Source: Chthonomonas sp. UBA2362 (GTDB taxonomy: Bacteria > Armatimonadota > Fimbriimonadia > Fimbriimonadales > Fimbriimonadaceae). Taken from it: a stretch of DNA of 64,000 bases. The stretch lies in contig DDTO01000008.1 of the NCBI GenBank assembly GCA_002344135.1, positions 88,566 through 152,565 on the forward strand, given 5' to 3'. Below the pieces are notes generated by a model. That model ran no database searches and had not been told where the DNA came from. It saw only the letters and a program-made list of their open reading frames with translations. Position 1 is the first letter of the stretch. The number at the start of each line of letters is the position of its first letter. Below are positions 9,740 to 19,499 of this stretch, piece after piece. The position numbers and the translations under genes are program-made.

Positions 9740-10850
9740 CGATTGCCTCCGCTAGTCGTTCCTCTCCAATAGAAATCACTCGGTCGCGATCCAGGTCGGG
9801 CCGGAGGTCGGCGGCTCGAACGTGCGCACGCCACTCGTCCTCGAGCGTGACACCGACCCGGTCCCCGTGGGTGGTCGCCGTCGTCGCGAACACCGTAACC
9901 GTATCAAGCCTGTATTCGAGGCAGCGACGTCTGAGGTCTTGAATCTGCCGGTAATCGATCTCGGCCTTGGATTCGGGGCGAACGCCGAGCACTTTCTGCC
10001 GAACGATCGGCAGTTCTGCATCCTCCCACTGCGCGGCGGCAACCGCGGTCTCGGTGATTTGCGCCCCCGTAAGATCGCGCCCATCGATGGGCGGCAGGTC
10101 GATCGCCTTGCGATGCTCGCAAGGAACAAGGTCCATCTTGCCGATCTCCGTATCGAACCAAACCCAAACCTTCTGATGAGCGATCTCGGACCAGATGTCG
10201 GTCGAGGTGTAGTCGGTGGAGCCCGAATAGCAGCAGTTGTCGCCGTAGGCGTGGAAGGAGTGATAGTCCCCCATCGCGACGTAGCTCCATTCATCCGCGT
10301 GTGTCGTCTCGATGTCGAAGTCGGCATTCTCTGGCAAAACTTGCCGCTCCATCCCGTGTAGCACCAGCACGCGGTGCCGCCGCGCGGAGCTCGGTTCCAG
10401 CGTCAGTTTTTCTCTCTCGATGACCGCGGAAGGCACGCCGACGACCTCCAAATCCAGTTCCGGGATGTCCAGACGAAGCTGATTGAGTCGCTCCGAGGCG
10501 AACACGTAGACGCCAGGGATATCCGAAAACAGTTCGAGAATGTTGCCGGCATCGTGGGTGCGGGGTGTCTCGTGATTGCCGGCGACGATGATGAGCGGCT
10601 TGTTCTGCCGTTCTCTTTGGAACGAGGCGAGCGCCCGATAGGCGTGGACGATGCTGTAGTTGGATGGCCGCACCCGATCGAAAAAATCTCCCGAGTGGAC
10701 GACGAGGTCCGGATCACGCTCGGCGATCGCGTCGAGACAGGCGCGGAAGGACTTCATCACGTCCACCTCGCGCAGGTTGAAGCCCTGTTCGTTGGTGCGC
10801 GCGAACTGTCGAAAGCCGATATGGGTGTCACTCAAATGGGCGATCGTCAC
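9714..10850 (-). CDS. sbcD: SbcD/Mre11-type nuclease (metallophosphoesterase)
   Basis: MTIAHLSDTHIG, HSGDFFD, AGNHE, LVLHG, GDYH. These are the calcineurin-like phosphoesterase motifs in SbcD order. The gene lies directly upstream of sbcC. Confidence 0.8.
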   Translation of the reverse strand: MTIAHLSDTHIGFRQFARTNEQGFNLREVDVMKSFRACLDAIAERDPDLVVHSGDFFDRVRPSNYSIVHAYRALASFQRERQNKPLIIVAGNHETPRTHDAGNILELFSDIPGVYVFASERLNQLRLDIPELDLEVVGVPSAVIEREKLTLEPSSARRHRVLVLHGMERQVLPENADFDIETTHADEWSYVAMGDYHSFHAYGDNCCYSGSTDYTSTDIWSEIAHQKVWVWFDTEIGKMDLVPCEHRKAIDLPPIDGRDLTGAQITETAVAAAQWEDAELPIVRQKVLGVRPESKAEIDYRQIQDLRRRCLEYRLDTVTVFATTATTHGDRVGVTLEDEWRAHVRAADLRPDLDRDRVISIGEERLAEAIDETNLAEA

Positions 10851-11088
10851 TTGCCTTACTAGTATATCTTTGGCTACCAGTTTTCCCCACCGGGGCAGCC
10901 CATCCTTCGCACACTTTTTCCACAGGCCGCCTCTCGTAGCGTCGTTTCAGCCTGCTCGAACGTCTGGACGATTGCCAACGGATGGTGGGCAGAGGGCTAG
11001 GAGGGCCATTTTGCAATCTGAGCGGCGCGGCGTATCACGCGCGCGGCTTCAGGTGATACACTTGGGTCCTCAACTTGGAGGAGATGTA

Positions 11089-11778
11089 ATGAGGTTCCTA
11101 GGAATTGCAGCGTTGGCGGCGATGCTTCTCGCCTTGGTCGGATGCGGCTCGGATCATGGCGGCGGCCCGACCAATATGCGGCTAAAGCTCGTGAGTCTGG
11201 TCCCCGATGCGGGGCTGAGCCAGCTTTATTGGAAGGGCGCCCCGGTTTCGCCCAGACCGCTCGAGTATCGGGAGGACAGCGGCTATCAGTCCCGAAATTC
11301 GGGTCGAGGAAACGCCGACCTGTACGTGATCGATCTCGGAACCGTCGCCAGCGAGTTCCTTTGGCTGACCACGGACGGCGAGTACAGCTTGTTCGGCGTC
11401 GGGAGTGTCGCCCTCGGCAACACCGAATTGGTGCGAGTGATCGACGACACCCGACCCGCGGTGGACAAGTACAAAGTCCGAATCTTCCACGGTACGTCTG
11501 CGGCTCCTCCGGTAGACGTGTACATTACGGACGTGAACACGGACCTAGAGGACGTCGCACCGAACTTCCCCTCGATGTCGTTCCGCATGGCGAGCGGCTA
11601 TGTCGAGCGTGGGCCCGGAACCTATCGTGTCCGCTTCACTGCGCCCGGGACGAAGACCGTCTTGCTCGACACTGGAGTGCTCGAGGGGCTGGCCGGTCAA
11701 GTGTTCACGGTTGCGGTCTCCGGCGAACCATCGGTCGGCGCGCCGCTGAGGACTCTGCTGCTGACCGACCGCCGCTAA
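11089..11778 (+). CDS. DUF4397-like lipoprotein
   Basis: ATG 11089 gives MRFLGIAALAAMLLALVGCGSD (lipobox LVGC). VRIFHGTSAAPPVDVYITD and YRVRFTAPGTKTVLLD match the repeated DUF4397 pattern. The long upstream extension in the ORF track (10660) overlaps sbcD and I rejected it. Confidence 0.65.
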   Translation: MRFLGIAALAAMLLALVGCGSDHGGGPTNMRLKLVSLVPDAGLSQLYWKGAPVSPRPLEYREDSGYQSRNSGRGNADLYVIDLGTVASEFLWLTTDGEYSLFGVGSVALGNTELVRVIDDTRPAVDKYKVRIFHGTSAAPPVDVYITDVNTDLEDVAPNFPSMSFRMASGYVERGPGTYRVRFTAPGTKTVLLDTGVLEGLAGQVFTVAVSGEPSVGAPLRTLLLTDRR

Positions 11779-11904
11779 GGTCGGCAGGATTGCTCGAATA
11801 GGCACCAGATTGCGCCGATCAGCGCGACGGTTCACCGTGCCGGGTACGATGCCGCGTCAGGCGGTTCGAACAATCCGATCGATTTGCTCGCCTAACCCCG
11901 GACC

Positions 11905-14541
11905 ATGTCAAAACTCGTCATCGTCGAATCTCCGGCCAAAGCCAAGACCATCGGTCGATTTCTCGGCCCGGACTACGATGTACAGGCGAGTTTCGGCCAT
12001 GTGCGTGACCTGCCCGAAGGCGCCGACGAGATTCCGGCCGAACTCAAGAAGGAGAAGTGGGCTCGGCTGGGCGTCAATGTCGAGAACGGGTTCGAGCCGA
12101 TCTACGTCGTCTCCACCGACAAGCGCCGCTACGTCGAGGCGCTGAAGAAGGCGAGCAAAGGAATCGAGGAACTGCTGCTCGCCACCGACGAAGACCGCGA
12201 AGGCGAAAGCATCTCGTGGCATATCCTGCAGCTTCTGAAGCCCTCGAAGACCATTAAAGTTCGCCGCATCGTGTTTCACGAAATCACGCCCGAAGCCATC
12301 CGAGATGCCCTCCGCAACCCTCGGCAGGTGGACGAAGACCTCGTCAGGGCCCAGGAGACCCGGCGAATACTCGACCGACTCTACGGCTATACCCTGTCCC
12401 CCCTGCTCTGGAAGAAGGTCGCCCCCAAACTGAGCGCGGGTCGGGTCCAAAGCGTCGCTGTCCGCCTCACGGTCGAGCGGGAGCGCGAACGGATGGCCTT
12501 CCGCGAGTCGGCTTACTGGGACATCGAGGCCGATCTTCGCACGCCTGCGGGATCATTCAAGGCGCGGCTGAACTGGGTCGATAGGGAGCGAGTCGCAACC
12601 GGCAAGAGCTTCGATCCCGCCACTGGCCTGCTTAAGGAGAAGGCGCTCTGGCTGGACGAAGCGGCCGCCACGAGCCTCGCCGATGCCGCTCGTTCCGCGC
12701 GGCCGTGGATCGTGTCGGGCGTCGAAACCACGCCAGGAAAGGAATCGCCTCCGCCACCCTTCATGACCTCGACATTGCAGCAAGAGGCCAATCGTAAGCT
12801 TCGGATGGGCTCCAGAAGGACGATGCAGGTCGCGCAGACTCTCTACGAAGGCGTCGACCTGGGTGGCGAGCGCGAAGGCCTCATCACTTACATGCGTACC
12901 GACAGTCTTCACCTCGCTGATCGAGCGATCGAACAGGCCCGGCAGGTGATCCGCGACCTCTACGGTGACGAGTACGTGCCGGCCAAGCCCAACCACTACA
13001 AGACGAAGGCCAAGGGGGCCCAAGAGGCCCACGAGGCGATTCGGCCGACCGACCTGTCCCGACGTCCCCAAGACGTGGCCCGGTTCCTCGACAAGGAGCA
13101 ACTCGCGCTTTACGAATTGATCTGGAAGCGAACGATCGCCTGCCAGATGCTGCCTGCGCGAGTCCTTCGCACAAGCGTGGACGTACGAGTCGAAGCGGAC
13201 GGCAAGGCCCTCAATTTCGCCGCGAGCGGCAAGCAGATCGATTTCCCGGGCTTCTTGCGTGCGTACGTCGAAGGGTCCGACGACCCTGATGCCGAAATCG
13301 AGGGCAAGGAAACGGTTTTGCCGCCGCTCGAAAAGGGTCAGCAGGTCGAACCGAAGGCCGTCGAGCCCTCCGGGCACCGGACGAAGCCGCCCGCTCGCTA
13401 CACCGAGGCCAGCTTGGTGAAGAAACTCGAAGAGGAAGGCGTCGGGCGCCCGAGCACCTATGCGTCCATCATCGGCACGATCCAAGACCGTGGTTACGTC
13501 TTCAAACGGGCAAACGAACTCGTGCCGACCTTCACGGCCTTCGCGGTCACGCAGCTGCTCGAAAACCACTTCCAGGAACTGGTCGACATCGCCTTCACAG
13601 CGCGGATGGAAGAGGAACTCGACGAGATCGCCGACGGAAAGCTGAACTGGGTGGACCGACTGACCCGCTTCTATTTCGGCTGGGAGGACCATGCCGGTCT
13701 GGAGAAGCAGGTGGAGACCGAGGGGCCTGCCATCCCGTTCCCTGTCCATCCGATCGGCGAGGCCGAGTCAGGCGAGCCGGTGGTCGTTCGAATCGGGCGA
13801 TACGGTCCCTTCATCCAGCGCGGCGAAGGGGGCAAGGGAAATGTCGTGTCGGTCCCTGCCGATCTCGCACCCGCAGAACTCACCATCGAGCGAGCCCTCG
13901 ACCTCCTTGAATCCCGCACGTCGGAACCCGATTCCGTAGGCGTCGATCGAGAAACCGGCCGGTGCGTGTTCTTCAAGAAGGGCCGCTTCGGCAACTACCT
14001 CGAGGTCGCCCTGGACGAGAAGGAAGCGGAGGCGAAGGCAAAGCCCAGGCGAGTGACCCTGCCCGAGGGCCTCGATCCGACCGAACTCGAGGAGGAAGAG
14101 CTTCAGGGCCTCCTCGCGTTGCCCCGCGCGGTGGGCCACCTCGATACCGAGGAGGTCGTCGTTTCGATTGGGAAGTACGGCGCCTACCTCAAGAAAGGCC
14201 AGGAGACGCGGAACATCTCGAACTGGCGCGATGCCCTGACAATCGACCTCGCCGCGGCCGTCGGGCTGTTCGCCCAGCCGAAGCCCGGCCGAGGACGGGA
14301 CGGCGCAACCCCGCGCGAAGCTATTCGCGACTTTGGACCTCTGGAAGGCGCATCAGGCCCGGTGCGGGTGATGCCAGGGCGCTACGGGCCATATGTCACC
14401 GACGGCAAGGTCAACGCGACCCTACCGAAGACGATGGCGCCTGAAGAAGTAACCGCCGAGCAGGCGCTGGCGATGATCCTCGCCAAGGCCGCCGCTGGAC
14501 CCAGCCCGAAGCGCCGTTTTACCCGCCGCAAGGCGCGATAG
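11905..14541 (+). CDS. topA: DNA topoisomerase I
   Basis: MSKLVIVESPAKAKTIGRFLG (Toprim), ATDEDREGE, the active-site region GLITYMRTDS, and Cys-free C-terminal G(R/K)(Y/F)G(P/A/N)(Y/F) repeats. Confidence 0.95.
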   Translation: MSKLVIVESPAKAKTIGRFLGPDYDVQASFGHVRDLPEGADEIPAELKKEKWARLGVNVENGFEPIYVVSTDKRRYVEALKKASKGIEELLLATDEDREGESISWHILQLLKPSKTIKVRRIVFHEITPEAIRDALRNPRQVDEDLVRAQETRRILDRLYGYTLSPLLWKKVAPKLSAGRVQSVAVRLTVERERERMAFRESAYWDIEADLRTPAGSFKARLNWVDRERVATGKSFDPATGLLKEKALWLDEAAATSLADAARSARPWIVSGVETTPGKESPPPPFMTSTLQQEANRKLRMGSRRTMQVAQTLYEGVDLGGEREGLITYMRTDSLHLADRAIEQARQVIRDLYGDEYVPAKPNHYKTKAKGAQEAHEAIRPTDLSRRPQDVARFLDKEQLALYELIWKRTIACQMLPARVLRTSVDVRVEADGKALNFAASGKQIDFPGFLRAYVEGSDDPDAEIEGKETVLPPLEKGQQVEPKAVEPSGHRTKPPARYTEASLVKKLEEEGVGRPSTYASIIGTIQDRGYVFKRANELVPTFTAFAVTQLLENHFQELVDIAFTARMEEELDEIADGKLNWVDRLTRFYFGWEDHAGLEKQVETEGPAIPFPVHPIGEAESGEPVVVRIGRYGPFIQRGEGGKGNVVSVPADLAPAELTIERALDLLESRTSEPDSVGVDRETGRCVFFKKGRFGNYLEVALDEKEAEAKAKPRRVTLPEGLDPTELEEEELQGLLALPRAVGHLDTEEVVVSIGKYGAYLKKGQETRNISNWRDALTIDLAAAVGLFAQPKPGRGRDGATPREAIRDFGPLEGASGPVRVMPGRYGPYVTDGKVNATLPKTMAPEEVTAEQALAMILAKAAAGPSPKRRFTRRKAR

Positions 14542-14570
14542 CGCTGCTAAGTTGCGGGTATGGTGACGCG

Positions 14571-16517
14571 GTGACTTTGCGGCTGTCCACCTGCGTGCTC
14601 GCCTCGTTGCTCGCTTGCGCCCCGCCGTTGAGCTATGCTCAAGAGCCCTCCAGCAAGATCGACCAGATCAAGCAAGTCGATTGGCGTGCGATCCTTCGGG
14701 ACCCACAGACCCGGACGTTTGCCGCATCGTTGATCTACCACTTTCTGCCAGACGACCTTAAGGTCAAGGTCACTGCGCTGCAGATCGAGGAGGCCCTGCA
14801 GGTCGTTTCGCACGAGCTCGACACGCTGCCTCCGAACCTCACCGAGGCCGAGCGGGCCGTGCACATCGCCAAATCGGTGGCGACCAAGCTTTTTCCCGAC
14901 CTCGTGGCAAGAATCGAGCAGGAGGTGCAGAAGGCCCTCGATTCGCTGCCAACGTTCATCCGCGAGGAGAACGGGGTGTGGGTGGTTCGTCTAGAAAGGG
15001 CGGGCGCCTTGCGCATCCTATACGAGCAGAATCGCTATCCGGGGCCATCCACGATCATCGTCCCCCGCGACCGCACGAAGAAGGGCGACATCTCGCTCTA
15101 CGCAGAGGACTTGACCCTCCGGCTCGACGGAAGCCGGCTGGACGCTCAGGGCGATGTACGGTTGGAGGACGGCCGCTCGTACCTCGTCGCTCGCGAATTG
15201 CACTACGACGCTTCGAAGAGAGCACTCGTCGCAAGCGGCGCGAGCCTGCGCCTGCCCTCCATCGCTTTCGATGCCGGCCAGATCGCCGACTCGCCCGAGA
15301 AACTGCAGGTCGAAGATCTGTCCTTCAAAGCCACCATCGGTAGGTTCCCGCTCCTTTCAGTGACTGCGAAGGAGTTGAAGATCGAGGGCGTGCTCGGGGA
15401 CGCGAAGGACATCCGCGCCCGCATCATCGGGATCCCCGTCTATCGCCGCGAGGAGCAGCAGTTCCGGCTCGACAGCAGCGGAGCGCACGACAAAGATAAG
15501 CTCTCGATCTTCGAGCGCATCAAGCGCTTCGAAGACCTCGCGACACTTCTCAAGCCGCCGTCGGTCAGCTTCTTTAGCAGGACCCCTTCGATTTCGTACT
15601 CGAACCAGTACGTCTTCGGCAATCGGCAGTTAGTGTCGGTCGGTCTCGACGCTCGCCGTGGCCAGTACTTCTCGTCGGACGTACTCCTCACATGGAACGT
15701 CAGCGCCGATCCGAACTCGAGCCCCGACATCATCCGAACGGAGTATCTGAGGAGCGCATTCATGGGCGGCTACGTCCAGAATGCCGACGTTCGGTCGGTG
15801 AGCGACTTTGTCGACGAGTACCGCCGTCCGCGCCGCACCTTCGGCCTCGGTTTCGGCTACAACCAACTTGTCGAGCTTCGGGGCGTGGAGGACGTGTCCA
15901 GCTCACCCATTATCGCGGGCTTCGAATTCGGTGGCCCGATCGGGTCGTTCGGAGGGGTCGGCCAGATCCGCTACGAGCAGGCCAAGTCCGAACTCAAAGA
16001 TGCCACCGAGCAGCGAGCCTCGTTCCTCGGAACCATCGGACTCTTCCGAACCGAACTGGGGCGCGGGATCACTGCCTATGGCCGGTTGGACGCCGCCGCG
16101 TTCAAACCGTCCGGCGAAGGCTACGCTTGGATTCGCCCCGTCGTCTCGGTCCAAGCGAGGGTCCTTCCTCAGGTCTACCTCTCGACCGCGTACGTGAACG
16201 GTCGCGAATTCGGAACGCCGTTCTCGATTGCCGATACTTACCTGGCCGGGCCGGAGTACCACGCCAGGATCGACCTCAATCTCGGCCCCACGAAGTTCAC
16301 CTACGCGAACCGCTATTCGGCACGCCTCCAGTCATGGTACCGCTCGCAAGTGTTCTTCTCGCAGGACATCGACGCCTTCCGGTTCTTCCTGGTGACCGAT
16401 CAGAAGCTCAGCCAACTCAGCTTCGGCCTTCAGCTTCGCGTCGACGAAATCCTCGATACCCTGAAGCGTCGTCGCTATACGGGTGTGGCGCTGGATGCGC
16501 CGCGGGCGAAACGCTAG
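14571..16517 (+). CDS. hypothetical outer-membrane protein (possibly LptD/OstA-like)
   Basis: 648 aa, GTG start, signal peptide (LASLLACAPPLSYAQE). One segment, GDVRLEDGRSYLVARELHYDASKRALVASGASLRL, resembles the OstA/LptA fold repeat. The Gly/Tyr/Phe-rich alternating C-terminal half is compatible with a beta-barrel. The call is tentative. Confidence 0.45.
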   Translation: MTLRLSTCVLASLLACAPPLSYAQEPSSKIDQIKQVDWRAILRDPQTRTFAASLIYHFLPDDLKVKVTALQIEEALQVVSHELDTLPPNLTEAERAVHIAKSVATKLFPDLVARIEQEVQKALDSLPTFIREENGVWVVRLERAGALRILYEQNRYPGPSTIIVPRDRTKKGDISLYAEDLTLRLDGSRLDAQGDVRLEDGRSYLVARELHYDASKRALVASGASLRLPSIAFDAGQIADSPEKLQVEDLSFKATIGRFPLLSVTAKELKIEGVLGDAKDIRARIIGIPVYRREEQQFRLDSSGAHDKDKLSIFERIKRFEDLATLLKPPSVSFFSRTPSISYSNQYVFGNRQLVSVGLDARRGQYFSSDVLLTWNVSADPNSSPDIIRTEYLRSAFMGGYVQNADVRSVSDFVDEYRRPRRTFGLGFGYNQLVELRGVEDVSSSPIIAGFEFGGPIGSFGGVGQIRYEQAKSELKDATEQRASFLGTIGLFRTELGRGITAYGRLDAAAFKPSGEGYAWIRPVVSVQARVLPQVYLSTAYVNGREFGTPFSIADTYLAGPEYHARIDLNLGPTKFTYANRYSARLQSWYRSQVFFSQDIDAFRFFLVTDQKLSQLSFGLQLRVDEILDTLKRRRYTGVALDAPRAKR

Positions 16518-17461
16518 AGGGTCTTAGGAATCGCGAAATCGGAGTCCTCAAGTGGCTTGGTCCAAGTCCAGCGGGCCTGCCATTGAGCTTCGACCTTCTT
16601 TCCGTTTTTCTGCACGGTCTTCACGCGGATCGCGAGGGGCAGGAAGTGGACGGCGTCGAATCGGGCCTCGATTTCCTCGGATTTGGGAGACGTTCGGCTC
16701 GCAACGACGCGGTAGTACTTTTGTGGCAAGCCGCCCTCTCCAGGGAGGATCGTACGCATCTCGACGCTCGCCTTATAGCCGCCCCTTCCGGCGGCGAGAG
16801 CCTCGAAGTACGGCTTCCAGCTGTCGTGCCCGGTGACGAGTCCGGCGAAGATTTGCTTCGTGAAGGTGAGAGGCCAGTTCTCGACGAGATCGTCCCCGAG
16901 CCGATCGGGGATACGTTTCCACTCCCCATTCTCCAGCATCGCCTTGCCGTCCGAGGGGTTGCCCAGCAGACGGTTGATCCGTGCCGGCTGGTAGGGAAGG
17001 TTGTATTCGATCGCGAACTCTTTGTCGCTCCGAATCTTGATGAGGCTAGTTACGTTGCCGCTCATCTCGCCGTTGTCGGCTAGCAGGGTCGCCTCGCCGT
17101 ACGCACCCTTGAGCGAACGCATTGTCTCACCCACCTTCTCACCAAGTTCGGCGAAAGTCAGGTCGGATTTCATCCAGCCCTTCGTATTCGGCGCGGCAAT
17201 ATCGACCGTGAGCTTGGGCGGGTCCGGCACCTTCTCGGCGGTTGGCTCGCGCTTCGGGATCGGCTTCGAAGGCGAGCCGCTCGGGTTGGATGCCGAGGCC
17301 TCGGGCGAGGCAGTTCCCGTACCCTTCGGCGCATCGCCGCCTCCGGCGAAGGTGGTGTCGGGCGGCGTGTATTCGCCGGACGAAGTTTCCTTGGCTTTCT
17401 GACAGCCGGAAAGGGTCGCCATACCGACCACGAACGCTAAGAGTAATCGAAAAGTCATCAT
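16514..17461 (-). CDS. hypothetical lipoprotein
   Basis: ATG 17461 overlaps the stop of the GH57 gene (ATGA). MMTFRLLLAFVVGMATLSGCQKAK has a lipobox (LSGC) followed by a low-complexity linker. No named domain. Confidence 0.55.
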   Translation of the reverse strand: MMTFRLLLAFVVGMATLSGCQKAKETSSGEYTPPDTTFAGGGDAPKGTGTASPEASASNPSGSPSKPIPKREPTAEKVPDPPKLTVDIAAPNTKGWMKSDLTFAELGEKVGETMRSLKGAYGEATLLADNGEMSGNVTSLIKIRSDKEFAIEYNLPYQPARINRLLGNPSDGKAMLENGEWKRIPDRLGDDLVENWPLTFTKQIFAGLVTGHDSWKPYFEALAAGRGGYKASVEMRTILPGEGGLPQKYYRVVASRTSPKSEEIEARFDAVHFLPLAIRVKTVQKNGKKVEAQWQARWTWTKPLEDSDFAIPKTL

Positions 17462-19167
17462 CCTGTGACCTGCGCGGGCTGTGGCGTGGGATCGAGCCGT
17501 GCCCAAAAACCGAGATCGAGCGTTGGAAACGCCGCGTCCTTACGTCGACACTCCGCAAGGAATTCGGCCTCTTCTTCTGAGATAGCCCCACCGGCGTCGA
17601 CGCGGTCCGCCATTCTTGCTAGACGCTCGAACCGGTCGATGTGATCGGTGAATCGGATCTCGGCGTAGTCGCGTGCTGCCCAGGTGGAGATGAGGAACTG
17701 CCAGTCCGACGCTTCGGCGAGCAAAATTTCCCGGGCGGCCTGCTCGACGATCTCACGGGCGGGACCGGTGGCGTACTCGCGAGCCATCTGCCGCATCCTC
17801 CGTTGGGCTGGGTAGAGCCGCTCCCACGTCCAGACATTGTCGGGATTGATCCAAATGTGGTGGTAACCTCCCTCGCCCCAGGAGCCCTCCGGCAGGTGGA
17901 TATGATGCCGCGGCGGTTCCTCGTCGAGGACGTCGCCGCCCGTGACCATCTTGAGCTCGGGATCGGCCGCCATGTGCCGGGCGACCTCATAGAGGAACTC
18001 GGGCCCCTCCCACCACCAGTGTCCGAAGAGTTCCGTGTCGTACATCGCCACCAGAGTCCCGGTTCGATCGGCCAGGCCCTTATAATGTGCCAAGGTACTT
18101 TTAACCAATTGGACAAAATCCTTCGCGTGCGCCTCGATGTTCTCGAAGGCCTTCCATGGGTCGTATGGCTGCTTCGCGCCGAGGTCGGACTTGTTTTCGC
18201 TGATTCGCCAATATCGGTGGCGACCGGGATACAGCTGCTTGTGAAACTCGAGGTAGTGTGGATCGCCGGGATAGCCGACATCGCCCGACCAGACCCGAAC
18301 CGTCGTATGGGGGTCGCGAGCGAAGATGACCGTCTCGCCGACGGCGTAGTGTTCGTACTCGCTCCGGTACTCCGCTGGAGGCGAGAACATCTTCTTGCTC
18401 CGCGAAAAGAGCTCGGCCAGTTGGGGGAAATTTGCTCCGTATGTCCCCAGGGGTTCGCCGCCACGGATCATGTGGGAGTCCACGAAGAAGTACTCCAAGC
18501 CGTTCTCATGGAGGATCTGCTCGACACCCTTTCTCGGCCAGGTCGTCTCGTTCTCGCCGACGGGAGCCTTCCAGTCGTAGGCGGGCCGATAGGCGCACTC
18601 AGGCAGCCAGATGCCGCGGGGCTGGCGCCCGAACCGCTGCCGATACGTTTCGACGCCGAGTTTCACCTGCGCCTGCACCGATTCGTCGGTGCCTAACAGA
18701 GGGAAGTACCCGTGGGTCGCCCCGCAGGTGATGATCTCGATCGACCCTTCTTCCTGAAAGAACCGAAACCCCTCGCAAATCGACCGTCCCCATTGGTGTT
18801 TGAACTGGACCAGCGCGCGAGTGTAGACCCGCTGCCACATCGCCGCCAACCCCTCCATCCAGAGCGGCCCCTGGGCGCGGAAGTTCTTCTGATCTCGGAG
18901 GGCGGCGTCGATTTTTTCCTGGCAGTATTCGGCGAACCCTTCTTTGAAACTCGGGTCGTCGAGTTGCTCGGCGAGGATCGGCGAGATGTTCACCGTCCAC
19001 CGGGGGGCGATGCCCTGGTTCCTCAGCCGGTCGAGCGCATCGAGCAAGGGGAGATAGCACTCGGCGGCGGATTCGAAGATCCAGTCGGTCCCATGCGGTG
19101 ATTTCCCATGCGAGAGCACGTAGGGCATGTGCGAGTGGAGGCACAGGAGGAACCGGCCGATGGGCAT
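17458..19167 (-). CDS. glycoside hydrolase family 57 (1,4-alpha-glucan branching enzyme type)
   Basis: From ATG 19167: MPIGRFLLCLHSHMPYVLSHGKSPHGTDWIFESAAECYLPLL, ITCGATHGYFPLL, YDTELFGHWWWEGP. These are GH57 conserved regions. The upstream 87 codons in the ORF track cross a repeat element and I trimmed them. Confidence 0.85.
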   Translation of the reverse strand: MPIGRFLLCLHSHMPYVLSHGKSPHGTDWIFESAAECYLPLLDALDRLRNQGIAPRWTVNISPILAEQLDDPSFKEGFAEYCQEKIDAALRDQKNFRAQGPLWMEGLAAMWQRVYTRALVQFKHQWGRSICEGFRFFQEEGSIEIITCGATHGYFPLLGTDESVQAQVKLGVETYRQRFGRQPRGIWLPECAYRPAYDWKAPVGENETTWPRKGVEQILHENGLEYFFVDSHMIRGGEPLGTYGANFPQLAELFSRSKKMFSPPAEYRSEYEHYAVGETVIFARDPHTTVRVWSGDVGYPGDPHYLEFHKQLYPGRHRYWRISENKSDLGAKQPYDPWKAFENIEAHAKDFVQLVKSTLAHYKGLADRTGTLVAMYDTELFGHWWWEGPEFLYEVARHMAADPELKMVTGGDVLDEEPPRHHIHLPEGSWGEGGYHHIWINPDNVWTWERLYPAQRRMRQMAREYATGPAREIVEQAAREILLAEASDWQFLISTWAARDYAEIRFTDHIDRFERLARMADRVDAGGAISEEEAEFLAECRRKDAAFPTLDLGFWARLDPTPQPAQVTG

Positions 19168-19318
19168 CGGCCCATTGTGGCACCTGGAGTGCCGATTCGA
19201 CGGCGCCCACTTGGAGGCCGCGGCTTGGCCGTGCTTTGGTTTGCCGGCTCGGCGCGTTCCTGGAGTACGCGGGCGTGGCCGCGCTGTGGCTTGCAGCCGC
19301 TCGTTGCGCTGTTCGTGC

Positions 19319-19478
19319 CGCGGGAAGACGGCCCTGGACCGTGGCCACGAGCCCATCCCCCGGCTACCTCCCGCCGGTAGCCCGCGGATGGCTTGTGCGG
19401 CGGGAAGACGGCCCTGTACCGGGGGCACGAGCCATCCCCCGGCTGGCTTGCCAATCGGAACGGGCAGACCGCGGATGA
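19319..19478 (+). repeat. two tandem copies (80-bp spacing) of a hairpin-forming intergenic repeat family (locus A)
   Basis: CGGGAAGACGGCCCTG..CC.....CACGAGCCATCCCCCGGCT... starts at 19321 and 19401. It shares its head and hairpin arms with the units at 24104, 24187 and (inverted) 62850-62930. Confidence 0.8.
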
Positions 19479-19499
19479 ATCGAAAAGCGCGCCGTTCGG

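Noticed and set aside
7322-10850. SMC-like ATPase + nuclease as a phage-defence system (Lamassu/Wadjet-like)
   Set aside because: The motif order (Mre11-type phosphoesterase motifs, Rad50 zinc hook, signature motif) and the two-gene layout fit classical SbcCD, and no extra defence-specific gene accompanies them.
12553-13749. 398-aa ORF antisense to topA
   Set aside because: It lies entirely inside the well-supported topA frame on the opposite strand and has a low-complexity Arg/Gly/Leu composition. This is a typical GC-rich shadow ORF.
15692-17083. 463-aa + strand ORF overlapping the outer-membrane protein and lipoprotein genes
   Set aside because: It is out of frame with the signal-peptide-bearing 14571..16517 ORF and antisense to the lipoprotein gene, with an Arg/Pro-rich composition.
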